NCBI GenBank assembly: GCA_038216085.1
Contig: JBBQQI010000002.1
Span: forward strand, 374-64,373
Origin: Gaiellales bacterium
GTDB taxonomy: Bacteria > Actinomycetota > Thermoleophilia > Gaiellales > Gaiellaceae
Length of the DNA: 64,000 nucleotides
Direction: 5' to 3'
Both the position numbers and the translations under genes were made by a program. The stretch's first letter is position 1; each line of letters starts with the position of its first letter. The notes below the pieces were generated by a model. The model was given only the letters and a program-made list of their open reading frames with translations. It was not told the DNA's origin and ran no database searches. This document shows, one piece after another, positions 1 to 10,251 of the stretch.

Positions 1-58
1 CCGTCGTAAGTGAAGCGAACGCGTCGGTCGGTCACGTTCGTAGTTTGTGTAGCGTCGC

Positions 59-877
59 GTGATGAGCAACCGCGTCGCGATCCTCGGAGCAGGCCGTCTG
101 GGCGGGTCGCTCCTGCGCGGGTTTCTCAGCTCCGACTGGCGCAATCCGAGCGAGCTCGTTGTGACGAGTCGTCGTGCCGAGCGGCGCGCGGAGCTCCACG
201 AGGGCTACGGAGTCGAGGCGACGGCAGACAACGCAGCGGCTGTCGACGGCGCCGCGCTCGTGATCGTCGCCGTCAAGCCGCAGGACATGGCAACCGTCCT
301 GGCGGAGATCTCGCCTGCGGTCGACTCGCAGCAGACGATCCTCTCCGTCGCCGCGGGCACGAGGACGGCGTCGATCGAGGCGCACCTGCCCGACGGCGCC
401 CGCGTGGTGCGCGCGATGCCGAATGCGCCGGCGCTCGTCCACGAAGGGATCGCGGGCCTCTGCGGGGGCGCCCACGCCCGCGACGAGGACCTCGAGCTCG
501 CGACGGAGGCGCTCGGGCATCTGGGCGCAGTGGTGCGGGTCGCCGAGGACGACATGGACGCCGTGACCGCGCTTTCGGGGTCGGGCCCGGCCTACTTTGC
601 GCTGCTCGCTGAGGCGATGATCGAGGCCGGTCTGCTGCTCGGCCTCAGCCGCGACGTCTCGACGCGCCTCGTCGTGCAGACGATGTTCGGGAGTGCGCTG
701 CTCCTACGCGACGAGCAGATGCATCCGGTCGAGCTTCGCGAGGCGGTGACCTCGCCCGGCGGGACGACCACGCGGGCGATCAGGGAGCTCGAGCGCTCCG
801 GCGTCCGCGCTGCGTTCCTGAACGCGATCACCGCCGCGACGGAGCGCTCCCGCGAGCTCTCCGACGAGTCGCAGTAG
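59..877 (+). CDS. proC: pyrroline-5-carboxylate reductase
   Basis: 272-aa ORF with an N-terminal Rossmann motif (VAILGAGRLGG) and the PNAPALV and TSPGGTT motifs typical of ProC. GTG59 and ATG62 are alternative starts. Confidence 0.9.
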   Translation: MMSNRVAILGAGRLGGSLLRGFLSSDWRNPSELVVTSRRAERRAELHEGYGVEATADNAAAVDGAALVIVAVKPQDMATVLAEISPAVDSQQTILSVAAGTRTASIEAHLPDGARVVRAMPNAPALVHEGIAGLCGGAHARDEDLELATEALGHLGAVVRVAEDDMDAVTALSGSGPAYFALLAEAMIEAGLLLGLSRDVSTRLVVQTMFGSALLLRDEQMHPVELREAVTSPGGTTTRAIRELERSGVRAAFLNAITAATERSRELSDESQ

Positions 878-2350
878 CTAACGCAGTTCGGCGATGCCGA
901 GGGCGAGCAGGTCGCGCGCTTCGTCGATCGAGTCGCCGCGCAGCTCTGCGACCTCTCTGCGGTCGAGCTCGAATGCCCGCGAGACCCGATCGATCGCGCG
1001 CCCGAGCGTCAGACCACCGTCGAGCACGGCGATCACCTCGGCCACGTCGGGGTCGAGCTCGTACTCGACGTTCGTGCCCTCGTCGAGCACGAGCACCGTG
1101 TCGGGCTCGCGCGAGCCCGGATCGAGCAGCCGCTCGACGCGCACGTCGGGCGCGAGCACGATCGTCTGCTCGAGCAGCCCGGTGTCGTCGATCCCGTCGA
1201 GCCGCGCGTGCGAGGCGAACACTCGCTCGATCTGCTCGCTGGCGAATTCGAGGTCGTCCGCGTCGACCGTGTCGATGCGGATCACGTTCTCGTCGGCGTC
1301 GCGCTTGTGCAGCAAAACTGCGCCCTCGCTCACCCAACCGACGTCGAGCGCGTCGAAGTACGCGGTCCACTCGTCGAGCGCCGCGCCGTAGGCGTCGGCG
1401 TCATCGGAGAGATGCTCGTTCCAACCGGCAGCGTGATCCAGCGGGTCGGAACCGGCGAGGCTGAGGATCCAGGTGTCGCAGCCGGAGCCGTCCAGCCATC
1501 CGTCGAGCCGAACGTCCGGTTCTTCCTCGTCCGGCCCGACCCAGCTGACGAGCAGCGTCGCAAACCCGTCGTCGGCGAGTGAGGCCGCCGCCTGTTTGAC
1601 GACGCGTTCGGAGAGCTCGTCGGCGGGCAGTCCGCCGTCGCGGTACTGCCACTTGGATTCGGGCGAGACGACGTACGGCGCGTTGCACGTGATCAGGTCG
1701 AATGTCTCCCCGGTGACGGGCTCGAAGAGGCTGCCGAGCCGGGTCTCGACGTTGTCGAGCTCGTTCAGCGCCGCGTTGATCTCCGTGAACGCCAGTGCCC
1801 GCTCGTTGATGTCCGTTGCGATCACCTGGTCGCTGTGGCGCGCGGCGAGCAGTGCGTGCACGCCGTTCCCGGTGCCGACGTCGAGCGCGCGCGCGAAGTG
1901 CCGGCGCGGCGTCAGCGCGGCGAGCCACGAAGCGGTCGGGGTATAGGGCGCGACGTAACCGACGGGGTCGTCCGCGCCGCGCGCGAAGCCGTCGAACGCC
2001 ATGTAGAGCTCCTCGGCCGGGACGATGCGCGCCCGCGGGACGAGCTCCGTGCCGTCAACCTCCGCGAGCCGTGTCGTCAGCAAAGCATCGACGCCGCCCT
2101 GCTCGAGCGCGGCAACCGCATCCGAGAGCGGCACGCTCAGCTGCAGAAGGAAGAGCCGGATCGTCGTCGCGAGCGGCGATTCGGGGAGCCGGCGCTCGTA
2201 GACGGGCACTTCGCTGAGATCGGTCGAGGCTCCATCCTCTCCCAGCAGGTCGGCGACGGAGTCTTCGTCGTAGCCGACGTTGCGCAACGCTGCGCCCAGC
2301 CGCTCGGCTGCGGCTCGGTCGGGATTGGGCTCGAAGCGTTCGCTGCTCAT
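878..2350 (-). CDS. class I SAM-dependent methyltransferase (small-MTase/HemK-like core with N-terminal extension)
   Basis: ORF 878..2653 trimmed to the ATG at 2348-2350 (MSSERFEP...). It has motif I DVGTGNG and an NPPY-like NAPYV. The upstream 100 aa of the ORF are low-complexity and overlap the divergent GAF gene. Confidence 0.7.
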   Translation of the reverse strand: MSSERFEPNPDRAAAERLGAALRNVGYDEDSVADLLGEDGASTDLSEVPVYERRLPESPLATTIRLFLLQLSVPLSDAVAALEQGGVDALLTTRLAEVDGTELVPRARIVPAEELYMAFDGFARGADDPVGYVAPYTPTASWLAALTPRRHFARALDVGTGNGVHALLAARHSDQVIATDINERALAFTEINAALNELDNVETRLGSLFEPVTGETFDLITCNAPYVVSPESKWQYRDGGLPADELSERVVKQAAASLADDGFATLLVSWVGPDEEEPDVRLDGWLDGSGCDTWILSLAGSDPLDHAAGWNEHLSDDADAYGAALDEWTAYFDALDVGWVSEGAVLLHKRDADENVIRIDTVDADDLEFASEQIERVFASHARLDGIDDTGLLEQTIVLAPDVRVERLLDPGSREPDTVLVLDEGTNVEYELDPDVAEVIAVLDGGLTLGRAIDRVSRAFELDRREVAELRGDSIDEARDLLALGIAELR

Positions 2351-2405
2351 CGTGAACCGGCGGCCGAGACTAGCGGGATTGCCCGACCTCGGATTGACTA
2401 GGCGC

Positions 2406-2882
2406 ATGAACGACAGCGGTACGCCGGCGTTCGAGGACGCCATCACCGTGTGGCAGCTCACGCAGCGTCTCTGCGAGGCGCTCGACCGCGAGGTCGGCGG
2501 GGTCGGCTGCATCGTCTCGCGCGTGATCGGCGACGTGCTCGTCCAGGTTGCCGAGCATGCTCCTGACGGGCGCATCTTCCAGCTCGGCCGCGGCTTTCTC
2601 GTCTCGCAGTTCCCGACGACTGGCGAGGTGCTCCGTAGCGGGCGCGCGCGCATGGTCTCGGTCGACCAGAGCGATCCGGACCCCGCAGAGGTCGGCGTGC
2701 TCGACGACCTGGCGATGAAAGCTGTGCTGATGCTCTCGCTGCGGGACGGCGAGACGGCGTGGGGCCTCGTCGAGCCCTACCGGCTCGAGCCGGCCCGCTT
2801 CACCGACGCAGAGATCGCGCACGCCCAACAGATCGTCTCGCAGGCGGAGCGCGTGCTGCCAGCCTACGTGTACCCCTCTTGA
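2406..2882 (+). CDS. GAF domain-containing protein
   Basis: ORF 2280..2882 trimmed to ATG 2406 (MNDSGTPAF...). The ~158-aa single-domain protein has a GAF-like pattern (WGLVEPYR...FTDAEI). Confidence 0.55.
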   Translation: MNDSGTPAFEDAITVWQLTQRLCEALDREVGGVGCIVSRVIGDVLVQVAEHAPDGRIFQLGRGFLVSQFPTTGEVLRSGRARMVSVDQSDPDPAEVGVLDDLAMKAVLMLSLRDGETAWGLVEPYRLEPARFTDAEIAHAQQIVSQAERVLPAYVYPS

Positions 2883-2922
2883 CAACGCATCGACGTTCGT
2901 CTATACATCGACGAGTGTCGAT
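2879..2922 (+). promoter_or_regulatory. putative ars promoter with ArsR-type operator
   Basis: TTGACA (2879-2884), a 17-nt spacer and TATACA (2902-2907). The palindrome ATCGAC-gagt-GTCGAT (2907-2922) overlaps the -10/TSS, and a further ATCGACG copy lies at 2889-2895. The element sits directly upstream of arsR. Confidence 0.5.
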
Positions 2923-2937
2923 CTGTGACCAGACGCG

Positions 2938-3279
2938 ATGACGGTGCTCGAGACAGCCGCGTGCTGTTCGCCACTGACGGCGACGACTCTCGGTGACGAC
3001 GAGGCCGAGGCCGCGGCTGCTGTGTTCCGCGCCCTTAGCGACCCGGCTCGTGTGCGGATCGTCAATCTGCTCGCAACGAGCAGCGGTCCGGTGTGCATCT
3101 GCGAGCTGATCGAGCCGATCGGCCTCTCGCAGCCGACGATCTCGCATCACATGAAGAAGCTGGTCGACGCCGGCCTGCTCGAGCGTGAGCAGGACGGCAA
3201 ATGGGCCTACTACTCAATCAATCCGGCTGCGATCGAGAAGCTTGCTGCGGTCGCCGACCTCAAGGGAGCGTGCTGCTGA
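2938..3279 (+). CDS. arsR: ArsR/SmtB family metalloregulator
   Basis: Winged-HTH signature (LSDPARVRIVNLL...CICEL...LSQPTISHHMKKLVDAGLL) with an ELCVCD-like CIC site and a C-terminal CC pair. Confidence 0.85.
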   Translation: MTVLETAACCSPLTATTLGDDEAEAAAAVFRALSDPARVRIVNLLATSSGPVCICELIEPIGLSQPTISHHMKKLVDAGLLEREQDGKWAYYSINPAAIEKLAAVADLKGACC

Positions 3280-4091
3280 TGACCACCGCAGCGAACGATC
3301 TGCGTGAACAGGTGCGGGAGCGCTACGCCGAGTCCGCCCGGGCCGTTTCGGATTCGTCAGGCTGCGGCAGCGGTTCGTGCTGCGCCGACGACACCGGCTC
3401 TGCGACGTTCGGCGAGGCCCTCTACGACGCAAAGCAGCGCGGCGAGTTGCCCGACGCCGCGGCGCTCGCCTCACTCGGTTGCGGGAACCCGACCGCGGTC
3501 GCCGACCTGCGCGAGGGCGAGGTCGTTCTCGATCTGGGCTCCGGCGGCGGCATCGACGTGATCCTCTCCGCCAAGCGCGTCGGGCCGACGGGGCTCGCCT
3601 ATGGGCTCGACATGACCGACGAGATGCTGGCGCTTGCGCGTGCAAACGCGGCGACGGCTTCGCTCTCGAACGCGATCTTCCTCAAGGGCGTGATCGAGGA
3701 GATCCCGTTGCCCGCGGCGTCGGTCGACGTGATCATCTCGAACTGCGTCATCAATCTCTCGGTCGACAAGGCAGCGGTGCTGATCGAGATGGCGCGCGTC
3801 CTGAGGCCCGGCGGTCGGATCGGGATCTCCGACGTTGTCGCCGAGGACCGGCTGAGCCCGGCCGAGCGCGCCGAGCGTGGCAGCTACGTCGGTTGCATCG
3901 CGGGTGCGCTCTCGAAGTCCGAGTACGAGGAAGGTCTGAGCGCGGCCGGTTTCGACGAGGTGAGCGTTACCTTCACGCACGAGGTGGCCGAGGGCATGCA
4001 CGGCGCGATCGTCAAGGCGCTGAAGACGACGACGCCCGAGCGGCGCGGGCTACCGGTGATCGAAGCCGCGACCCGAGCCGGCTGTTGCTGA
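3279..4091 (+). CDS. arsM: arsenite S-adenosylmethionine methyltransferase
   Basis: The ATG overlaps the arsR stop (ATGA). N-terminal Cys pairs ([14 protein letters not shown]), SAM motif [11 protein letters not shown] and a C-terminal CC. Typical ArsM architecture. Confidence 0.85.
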   Translation: MTTAANDLREQVRERYAESARAVSDSSGCGSGSCCADDTGSATFGEALYDAKQRGELPDAAALASLGCGNPTAVADLREGEVVLDLGSGGGIDVILSAKRVGPTGLAYGLDMTDEMLALARANAATASLSNAIFLKGVIEEIPLPAASVDVIISNCVINLSVDKAAVLIEMARVLRPGGRIGISDVVAEDRLSPAERAERGSYVGCIAGALSKSEYEEGLSAAGFDEVSVTFTHEVAEGMHGAIVKALKTTTPERRGLPVIEAATRAGCC

Positions 4092-4101
4092 CGGGCTCGG
4101 C

Positions 4102-4494
4102 GTGAGCAACGTGCTCTTCGTGTGCGTTGCGAACAGCGGCCGCTCGGTGCTGGCGGAGCGGCTCTTCCGCGAGGAGGCAGGCGATCGTCACGAGGCGCGC
4201 TCAGCCGGGAGCGCGCCCGGCACCGCCGCACATCCCGTCGTGGTCGACGCGCTCGACGAGCTCGGCATCGGCGCGCGCGACCACACGCCGCGACTCCTCG
4301 ACGGCGAGCTCGTGGACTGGGCTGACGTCGTCGTCGCGACCTGCGACGACGCCTGCCCCGTCGTGCCCGGGAAGCGGTACATGAATTGGCAGCTGCCCGA
4401 TCCAAAAGGGCGCCCGCTCGAGGATGTGCGGGCCCTTCGCGACGACATCCGTGCCCGGGTCGCGGAGCTCGTCCGCGAGCTCGACGCGGGCTGA
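4102..4494 (+). CDS. arsC: arsenate reductase, LMW-PTP family
   Basis: P-loop CVANSGRS at the N-terminus, 130 aa, in ars context. Confidence 0.8.
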   Translation: MSNVLFVCVANSGRSVLAERLFREEAGDRHEARSAGSAPGTAAHPVVVDALDELGIGARDHTPRLLDGELVDWADVVVATCDDACPVVPGKRYMNWQLPDPKGRPLEDVRALRDDIRARVAELVRELDAG

Positions 4495-4504
4495 TTGCCG
4501 CGAT

Positions 4505-4840
4505 TCAACCGCCGACGAGCTTGACCTCGTAGCCGCCGGCCCGCAGCCGTTCTGCGACCTTGTCGCGGTGATCTCCCTGGAGCTCGACCGCTCCGTTCTT
4601 GACGGCGCCGCCCGAGCCGCAGTGGCGCTTCAGGTCGCTCGCGACCTCAGCGAGGTGCGACGGCGGGAGCCCACGCACGACGGTCACCGTCTTGCCGCGG
4701 CGGCCGCTCTTGTCGCGGAACACGCGCACGACACCGTCGCGCGGAAGCTCCGGCCCGCTTGAGGTCGTCGCGCGCTCAGGCGCCGCCCGCTTGCGCCGGT
4801 CGCCGTCGCCGGTCGAGTACACGAGGCGGCTGTTGGACAT
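4505..4840 (-). CDS. yciH: SUI1/YciH family translation initiation factor
   Basis: ORF trimmed to the ATG at 4838-4840 (MSNSRLVYSTG...). It has the SUI1 core GKTVTVVRGL...LKRHCGSGGAV...ELQGDHRDKV. Confidence 0.8.
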   Translation of the reverse strand: MSNSRLVYSTGDGDRRKRAAPERATTSSGPELPRDGVVRVFRDKSGRRGKTVTVVRGLPPSHLAEVASDLKRHCGSGGAVKNGAVELQGDHRDKVAERLRAGGYEVKLVGG

Positions 4841-4909
4841 CGGGCCTCGATCGTATGTGGGCGGGGCCGCTCGCCCCGCCCACATCGGAACTCGGTCAGG
4901 CAGCGCTGA

Positions 4910-5239
4910 TCAGGCAGCGAGGCGCTTGCGCGCCTTCTGGACCGTCGGGAGCGCGGTCTTCGTCCTTGCGAGCGCGCGTGCACGCACGTCGACGGAGGCC
5001 GGCTTCGCGGCGATCGTGATCTCCTCGCCCGTGGCGGGGTTGCGTCCCTTGCGGGACTTCGTCGCAGGCTTCAGGCGAACCGTCAGCTGAACGAGGCTGC
5101 CGATCTTCACCTTCTCCGCATTGGAGATCTCCTCGAGGACAACCTCCTCGAGGGCGGCGAGGACTCGCTTCGCATCGGCACGGGTCAGGTCGGCACGCTC
5201 GGCGACGGCGTCGGCGAGCTGCAGTTGGGTCAGGGGCAT
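4910..5239 (-). CDS. hup: HU family nucleoid-associated DNA-binding protein
   Basis: HU fold signature (...KVKIGSLVQLTVRLKPATKSRKGRNPATGEEITIAAK) plus a short basic C-terminal tail. Confidence 0.85.
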   Translation of the reverse strand: MPLTQLQLADAVAERADLTRADAKRVLAALEEVVLEEISNAEKVKIGSLVQLTVRLKPATKSRKGRNPATGEEITIAAKPASVDVRARALARTKTALPTVQKARKRLAA

Positions 5240-5332
5240 GTGGTCTCCTCAGTCGAGTGGAGCCGAGGATTGAAGCGACTCTGGCGGACGGGACCGCGGT
5301 TTACCCGCCAAAGGCCGTCAACCGAGGGTCGG

Positions 5333-5620
5333 TCAACCGCCGCTTCGCAGGAACCGTCCGGCGCCGTCTCTGGGCAGATTCGTGCTGCGGCCGGGCTGCC
5401 CGCCGCGCCGGCGTGGGCGGTACCCGTGCCGTTGATACATCGCGGACGCGCATCCGTACATCCGCCGGATCGTCGCGTGGCTCGGTAGGTCGTCGATTCC
5501 CGCGCGCAGCTCGCGCACCGTCGGGATGCGCAGATGGCGGCGGTGGTAGAGGTCGAGCGCGTAGGCGACGAGCTCGTCGTTCCATTCGCCTCCGGCGTTC
5601 GACCAGCCGGCTCGAGTCAT
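5333..5620 (-). CDS. small protein with a homing-endonuclease-associated (HNH_repeat-like) motif
   Basis: The pattern W-x-DEL-x...PTVRELR...LPSHATIRRMYG...A resembles the W..e.i...Gr.Pt..e....ps...i.r.FGsw repeat. The C-terminal half is R/G-rich and dubious. Confidence 0.35.
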   Translation of the reverse strand: MTRAGWSNAGGEWNDELVAYALDLYHRRHLRIPTVRELRAGIDDLPSHATIRRMYGCASAMYQRHGYRPRRRGGQPGRSTNLPRDGAGRFLRSGG

Positions 5621-5634
5621 CCGCGCAGGCTAAT

Positions 5635-5651
5635 GCTTTACTTTGTATAGC
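5635..5651. promoter_or_regulatory. 17-bp palindrome site S1 (GCTTTA-CTTTG-TATAGC)
   Basis: AT-rich imperfect palindrome in the divergent region between the small ORF and gltB. One mismatch to GCTTYA-N5-TRAAGC. Confidence 0.45.
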
Positions 5652-5702
5652 GCAACTCCGTATGGCGAAAAGCTTGGCGCGAGTTGCGCGCGAGTCTCCA
5701 TT

Positions 5703-5719
5703 GCTTTACTCTTTGAAGC
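5703..5719. promoter_or_regulatory. 17-bp palindrome site S2 (GCTTTA-CTCTT-TGAAGC)
   Basis: Exact match to GCTTYA-N5-TRAAGC. It lies 68 bp (centre to centre) from S1 and about 30 bp upstream of the gltB start. Confidence 0.5.
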
Positions 5720-5751
5720 ATTAGACTAGAGCCAGGCGGGAGGTGGAGCCG

Positions 5752-8700
5752 ATGAAAGCGACGGGGCTCTACGACCCGGCCTACGAACATGACGCATGCG
5801 GCGTCGCATTCGTGGCGCGGCTCGACGGCGTGCAGACCCACGAGGCGATCAGGCGTGCGCTGACTGCGCTCGAGAACCTCGAGCATCGCGGGGCGGCCGG
5901 CGCCGACGCAGAGACCGGCGATGGCGCGGGGATCCTCGTGCAGATGCCGGACGCATTTCTGCGCAGCGTGTCGGGGATCGCGCTCCCGCCCGCCGGCACC
6001 TATGGCGTTGCCGTCTGCTTCCTGCCGCAGGAGCGAGCGCGGAGGCTCGAGCTCGAGCGCGTGCTGGAGGAAGTCGTCGCCGAGGAGGGCCAGACCGTGC
6101 TCGGCTGGCGTGACGTGCCCGTCGACAGCCGACATGTGGGATCGCACGCACGCCTCTTCGCGCCGTGCATCCGGCAGCTCTTCGTCGCCGCCTCGCCCGA
6201 GCTTGCGAACGACGCGGCGGCGTTCGAGCGGCGGCTCTACGTGATCCGGCGCGTCGCCGAGGGCCGCGCCGGGCTCGTGCTGCCGAGCTTCTCGGCGCGC
6301 ACGCTCGTCTACAAGGGGATGCTGACCTCCCCGCAGCTCGGGCGCTTCTTCCCCGACCTGGCCGACGAGCGCTTCGCAAGCGCGCTCGCGCTCGTGCACT
6401 CCCGCTTCTCGACGAACACATTCCCGAGCTGGGAGCTCGCCCATCCCTATCGCATTATCGCGCACAACGGTGAGATCAACACGCTGCGCGGCAACGTCAA
6501 CTGGATGCGCGCACGCGAGTCGCAGCTCGCCTCGGAGCTCTTCGGCGACGACATCGAGAAGGTTCTGCCGGTCGTCCGGCCGGGCGGCTCCGACACCGCG
6601 GTATTCGACAACGTGCTCGAGCTGCTCGTCCTCTCGGGCCGCTCACTGCCGCACGCGCTGATGATGATGGTGCCCGAGGCGCACGCCGGCCGGGCGGATG
6701 TCTCCGACGAGCTGCGCGGCTTCTACGCGTTCCACGACTGCCTGACGGAGGCCTGGGACGGCCCGGCGGCGATCGCGTTCACCGACGGACGCCTGATCGG
6801 CGCGACGCTCGACCGCAACGGCCTGCGGCCAGGGCGCTGGCTGGAGACGCGCGACGGCTGGGTCGTGCTCGCCTCCGAGGCCGGTGTGCTGGAGATCCCG
6901 ATCGAGAACGTCCTGCGCAAGGGACGGCTGCAGCCGGGCAAGCTGTTCGTCGTCGACCTCGAGCAAGGCCGGATCGTCCCGGACGGCGAGCTGAAGCAGC
7001 AGGTCGCGACGCGCAAGCCGTACGCCGAGTGGTTCGAGCGGGAGCACGTGCGACTCGCCGACCTGCCGAAGCGCACGACGCGCCGGGCGCCGGCGGAGCC
7101 GCTGCGCCGGCTGCAGCTCGCGTTCGGCTACTCGCAGGAGGACATGAAGGTGATGCTGGCGCCGCTCGCCGTCAACGCCGAGGAGGCGATCGGCTCGATG
7201 GGGAACGACACGCCCCTCGCGGCGCTCTCCGACCGGCGGCCGCTTCTCTACTCCTACTTCAAGCAGCTCTTCGCGCAGGTCACGAACCCGCCGATCGACT
7301 CGACCCGTGAGGCGATCGTGATGAGCGTCCAGTCGCTCGTCGGCTCCGAGCGCAACCTCCTCGACGAAACGCCCGAGCACGCGCGGCAGCTCGTGATCGA
7401 GAATCCGATCCTGCGTGACTCGCAGCTCGAGAGCCTGCGTCAGGTCGACTCCGAGATCTTCAAGGCGCACACCCTCGACGTCACGTGGCCAGTCGAGGAA
7501 GGGCCGGCCGGTCTCGAGCGCGCGCTCGAGCGCCTGTGCGCAGACGCCGATGTTGCCCTTGCGCAGCGGGCGAACATCCTGATTCTCTCCGACCGCGCCG
7601 CCGGCGCCGGGCGCGCGCCGATTCCGTCGCTGCTCGCGGTCGGCGCGGTGCACCACCATCTCGTTCGCGCCGGTACCAGGCTGCAGGCAGGCCTCGTCGT
7701 CGAGTCCGGCGAGCCGCGCAGCGTGCAGAGCGTCGCCGTGTTGATCGGCTACGGCGCCGCGGCCGTGAACCCGTACCTGATGCTCGCGACGATCGGGCAG
7801 CTCGTCGACGAGGGGCGGATCGAGCTTTCGCGCGAGGAGGCCGAGGAGCGCGCGATCAAGGCGGTCGGCAAGGGCCTCCTGAAGGTGATCTCGAAGATGG
7901 GCATCTCGACGATCTCGTCCTATTGCGGTGCGCAAGTCTTCGAAGCTGTCGGGCTCTCTTCGGCGCTCATCGAGCGCTACTTCACCGGCACGGCGTCGCG
8001 GATCGGCGGCATCGGCCTCGCCGAACTCGCCGAGGGCGTCCTCGTGCGCCACGCCCGTGCCTACCCGGGCACGCCCGGCGAGCTGCTGCCCGTCGTCGGG
8101 CTCTTTGCCTGGCGGCGAGACGGCGAGCATCACCAATGGAATCCTGAGACGATCGCGTTGCTCCAGCACGCAGTGCGCGGGGGCGGCCGGCAGACCTACG
8201 ACGAGTTCGCGGCGGCCGTCAACGCCGAGAGCGCCCGGCGCTCCACCCTGCGCGGCCTGCTGCGCTTCCGGGTCGCCGCGGGCGGAGCGATCCCGCTCGA
8301 GCAGGTCGAACCGGCCGCCGACATCGTTAAGCGCTTCTCGACCGGTGCGATGTCGCTCGGCTCGCTCTCGCGCGAAGCTCACGAGACGCTCGCCGTCGCG
8401 ATGAACCGCATCGGCGGACGTTCCAACACCGGCGAGGGCGGCGAGGATCCGGAGCGGTTCGGCGACGAGCGCCGGTCGAAGATCAAGCAGGTCGCATCCG
8501 GCCGCTTCGGCGTCAACATCGACTACCTGACGAACGCCGACGAGCTCCAGATCAAGATGGCGCAGGGCGCGAAGCCCGGCGAGGGCGGACAGCTGCCCGG
8601 ACACAAAGTCGACCGGTACATCGCTGGCGTGCGGCTGACCACTCCGGGCGTCGGGCTGATCTCCCCGCCGCCGCACCACGACATCTACTCGATCGAGGAT

Positions 8701-10251
8701 CTCAAGCAGCTGATCTACGACCTGCGCTGCGCCAACCCCGACGCGCGCATCTCGGTCAAGCTCGTCGCCGAGGTCGGCGTCGGCACGGTCGCTGCGGGCG
8801 TTGCGAAATCGAACGCCGACCACGTGCTGATCTCCGGGCACGACGGCGGCACCGGCGCTTCGCCGATCTCGTCGATCCTGCACGCGGGCGTGCCCTGGGA
8901 GATCGGGCTCGCGGAGACTCAGCAGACGCTCGTGCTCAACGACCTCCGTTCGCGCATCTGGGTGCAGACCGACGGACAGCTGAAGACCGGCCGCGACGTC
9001 GTCGTCGCCGCGCTCCTCGGCGCCGACGAGATGGGATTCGCCACCGCCCCGCTGATCGCAACGGGCTGCGTGATGATGCGCGCCTGCCATCTGAACACCT
9101 GCCCGGTCGGGATCGCGACCCAGGACCCCGAGCTGCGCACGCGGTTCCGCGGCCAGCCGGAGCACGTGATCGAGTTCTTCTTCCTCGTCGCCGAGGACGT
9201 GCGGCGGCTCATGGCCTCGCTCGGCGTCGCCCGATTCGAGGATCTTGTCGGCCGCGTCGACCTGCTCGAGCCCGACGACGCGCTCGAGCACTGGCAGGAA
9301 CGCGGTATCGACATCTCGAATCTCCTGCGCGCACCCGATGTGCCTGCGGGCACGCCGCTCCGGCGCGTCGAGTCGCAGGCCTCGCCGCTCGGTGGGGCAC
9401 TCGACTGGGCGTTGATCGACGCCGCGCGCTGCTCTCTGGAGGATGGCGTGACGGTCAGCGCCAGTTTCGCGGTGCGCAACGTCGACCGGACGATCGGCGG
9501 GCTGCTCTCACACCACGTCACGAAGCTCCACGGCCGCGCGGGGCTGCCGCCCGGGACGATTCGCTTCGACCTGCGCGGCTCGGCCGGGCAGTCGTTCGGC
9601 GCTTGGCTCGCACCGGGGATCGAACTGACCCTGACCGGCGAGGCCAACGACTACGCGGGCAAGGGCCTCTCGGGCGGGACGATCGCCGTGCGGCCGCCGC
9701 TCGAGGCGACCTTCCCGGCCGAGGAGAACGTGATCGTCGGCAACACCGTCCTCTACGGCGCAACCGCGGGGCGCGCGTTCTTCCGCGGCGTCGCAGGCGA
9801 GCGGTTCGCCGTCCGCAACTCGGGCGCAGACGCCGTCGTGGAAGGTGTCGGCGACCACGGCTGCGAGTACATGACCGGCGGTCACGTCATCGTGCTCGGC
9901 CCGACGGGCCGCAACTTCGCCGCCGGGATGAGCGGCGGGATCGCCTACGTCCTCGACGAGGACGGCGCGTTCGCAAGCCGCTGCAACCGCCAGCTCGTCG
10001 GATTGGACCCGCTCGAGGCGGAAGACGAGGCGATCGTGCTCGCGCTCGTGCAGGAGCACGCCGACCGCACCGGCTCGACGGTCGCGGCGCGGCTGCTCGC
10101 AGACTGGAGCGCGGCGAGTTTCGTGAAGGTGATCCCGCACGACTACAAGCGCGCGCTCGCCGAGCTCGGCGACGAGATTCGCTATCACGACCATCCCGTC
10201 TCGGCAGGCGGCGTCGGCTTCGTGACCAAGGAATCCGAGGAAGCCGCCTGA
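5752..10251 (+). CDS. gltB: glutamate synthase large subunit
   Basis: Ntn-amidotransferase N-terminus (HDACGVAFV), the FMN/4Fe domain and the C-terminal GXGXG domain are all recognisable. I prefer ATG 5752 (SD GGAGGTGGAG 5739-5748) over GTG 5743. Confidence 0.96.
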   Translation: MKATGLYDPAYEHDACGVAFVARLDGVQTHEAIRRALTALENLEHRGAAGADAETGDGAGILVQMPDAFLRSVSGIALPPAGTYGVAVCFLPQERARRLELERVLEEVVAEEGQTVLGWRDVPVDSRHVGSHARLFAPCIRQLFVAASPELANDAAAFERRLYVIRRVAEGRAGLVLPSFSARTLVYKGMLTSPQLGRFFPDLADERFASALALVHSRFSTNTFPSWELAHPYRIIAHNGEINTLRGNVNWMRARESQLASELFGDDIEKVLPVVRPGGSDTAVFDNVLELLVLSGRSLPHALMMMVPEAHAGRADVSDELRGFYAFHDCLTEAWDGPAAIAFTDGRLIGATLDRNGLRPGRWLETRDGWVVLASEAGVLEIPIENVLRKGRLQPGKLFVVDLEQGRIVPDGELKQQVATRKPYAEWFEREHVRLADLPKRTTRRAPAEPLRRLQLAFGYSQEDMKVMLAPLAVNAEEAIGSMGNDTPLAALSDRRPLLYSYFKQLFAQVTNPPIDSTREAIVMSVQSLVGSERNLLDETPEHARQLVIENPILRDSQLESLRQVDSEIFKAHTLDVTWPVEEGPAGLERALERLCADADVALAQRANILILSDRAAGAGRAPIPSLLAVGAVHHHLVRAGTRLQAGLVVESGEPRSVQSVAVLIGYGAAAVNPYLMLATIGQLVDEGRIELSREEAEERAIKAVGKGLLKVISKMGISTISSYCGAQVFEAVGLSSALIERYFTGTASRIGGIGLAELAEGVLVRHARAYPGTPGELLPVVGLFAWRRDGEHHQWNPETIALLQHAVRGGGRQTYDEFAAAVNAESARRSTLRGLLRFRVAAGGAIPLEQVEPAADIVKRFSTGAMSLGSLSREAHETLAVAMNRIGGRSNTGEGGEDPERFGDERRSKIKQVASGRFGVNIDYLTNADELQIKMAQGAKPGEGGQLPGHKVDRYIAGVRLTTPGVGLISPPPHHDIYSIEDLKQLIYDLRCANPDARISVKLVAEVGVGTVAAGVAKSNADHVLISGHDGGTGASPISSILHAGVPWEIGLAETQQTLVLNDLRSRIWVQTDGQLKTGRDVVVAALLGADEMGFATAPLIATGCVMMRACHLNTCPVGIATQDPELRTRFRGQPEHVIEFFFLVAEDVRRLMASLGVARFEDLVGRVDLLEPDDALEHWQERGIDISNLLRAPDVPAGTPLRRVESQASPLGGALDWALIDAARCSLEDGVTVSASFAVRNVDRTIGGLLSHHVTKLHGRAGLPPGTIRFDLRGSAGQSFGAWLAPGIELTLTGEANDYAGKGLSGGTIAVRPPLEATFPAEENVIVGNTVLYGATAGRAFFRGVAGERFAVRNSGADAVVEGVGDHGCEYMTGGHVIVLGPTGRNFAAGMSGGIAYVLDEDGAFASRCNRQLVGLDPLEAEDEAIVLALVQEHADRTGSTVAARLLADWSAASFVKVIPHDYKRALAELGDEIRYHDHPVSAGGVGFVTKESEEAA

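Noticed and set aside
5703-5719. Interpreting the palindrome as a sigma-54 (-24/-12) or a sigma-70 -35/-10 promoter element.
   Set aside because: There is no GG-N10-GC spacing, and the TTGAAG half is not followed by a -10 hexamer at 16-18 nt. Dyad symmetry fits a dimeric regulator site better.
6643-9291. 882-aa minus-strand ORF, plus similar long antisense ORFs at 13694..15994(-), 39780..42068(+), 46595..48274(-), 48724..50700(+), 50054..51631(-), 51229..53346(-), 10185..11360(-), 20778..22244(-) and 26849..28240(-).
   Set aside because: All lie antisense or out of frame to genes with unmistakable homology (gltB, ilvB, xfp, the kinase, Pat, ADH, gltD, ilvD, leuC). Their translations are R/A/G/P/D-rich low-complexity sequence, typical of stop-poor alternative frames in ~70% GC DNA.
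9603-10250. N-terminal 216-aa extension of the gltD ORF, and similar extensions for thrB (19504), ilvD (20694), leuC (26378), ilvN (15472), ilvC (16583) and the PII ORF (32242).
   Set aside because: The extensions overlap the upstream gene in another frame and are arginine-rich junk. The conserved N-termini begin at start codons that overlap the upstream stop codons.
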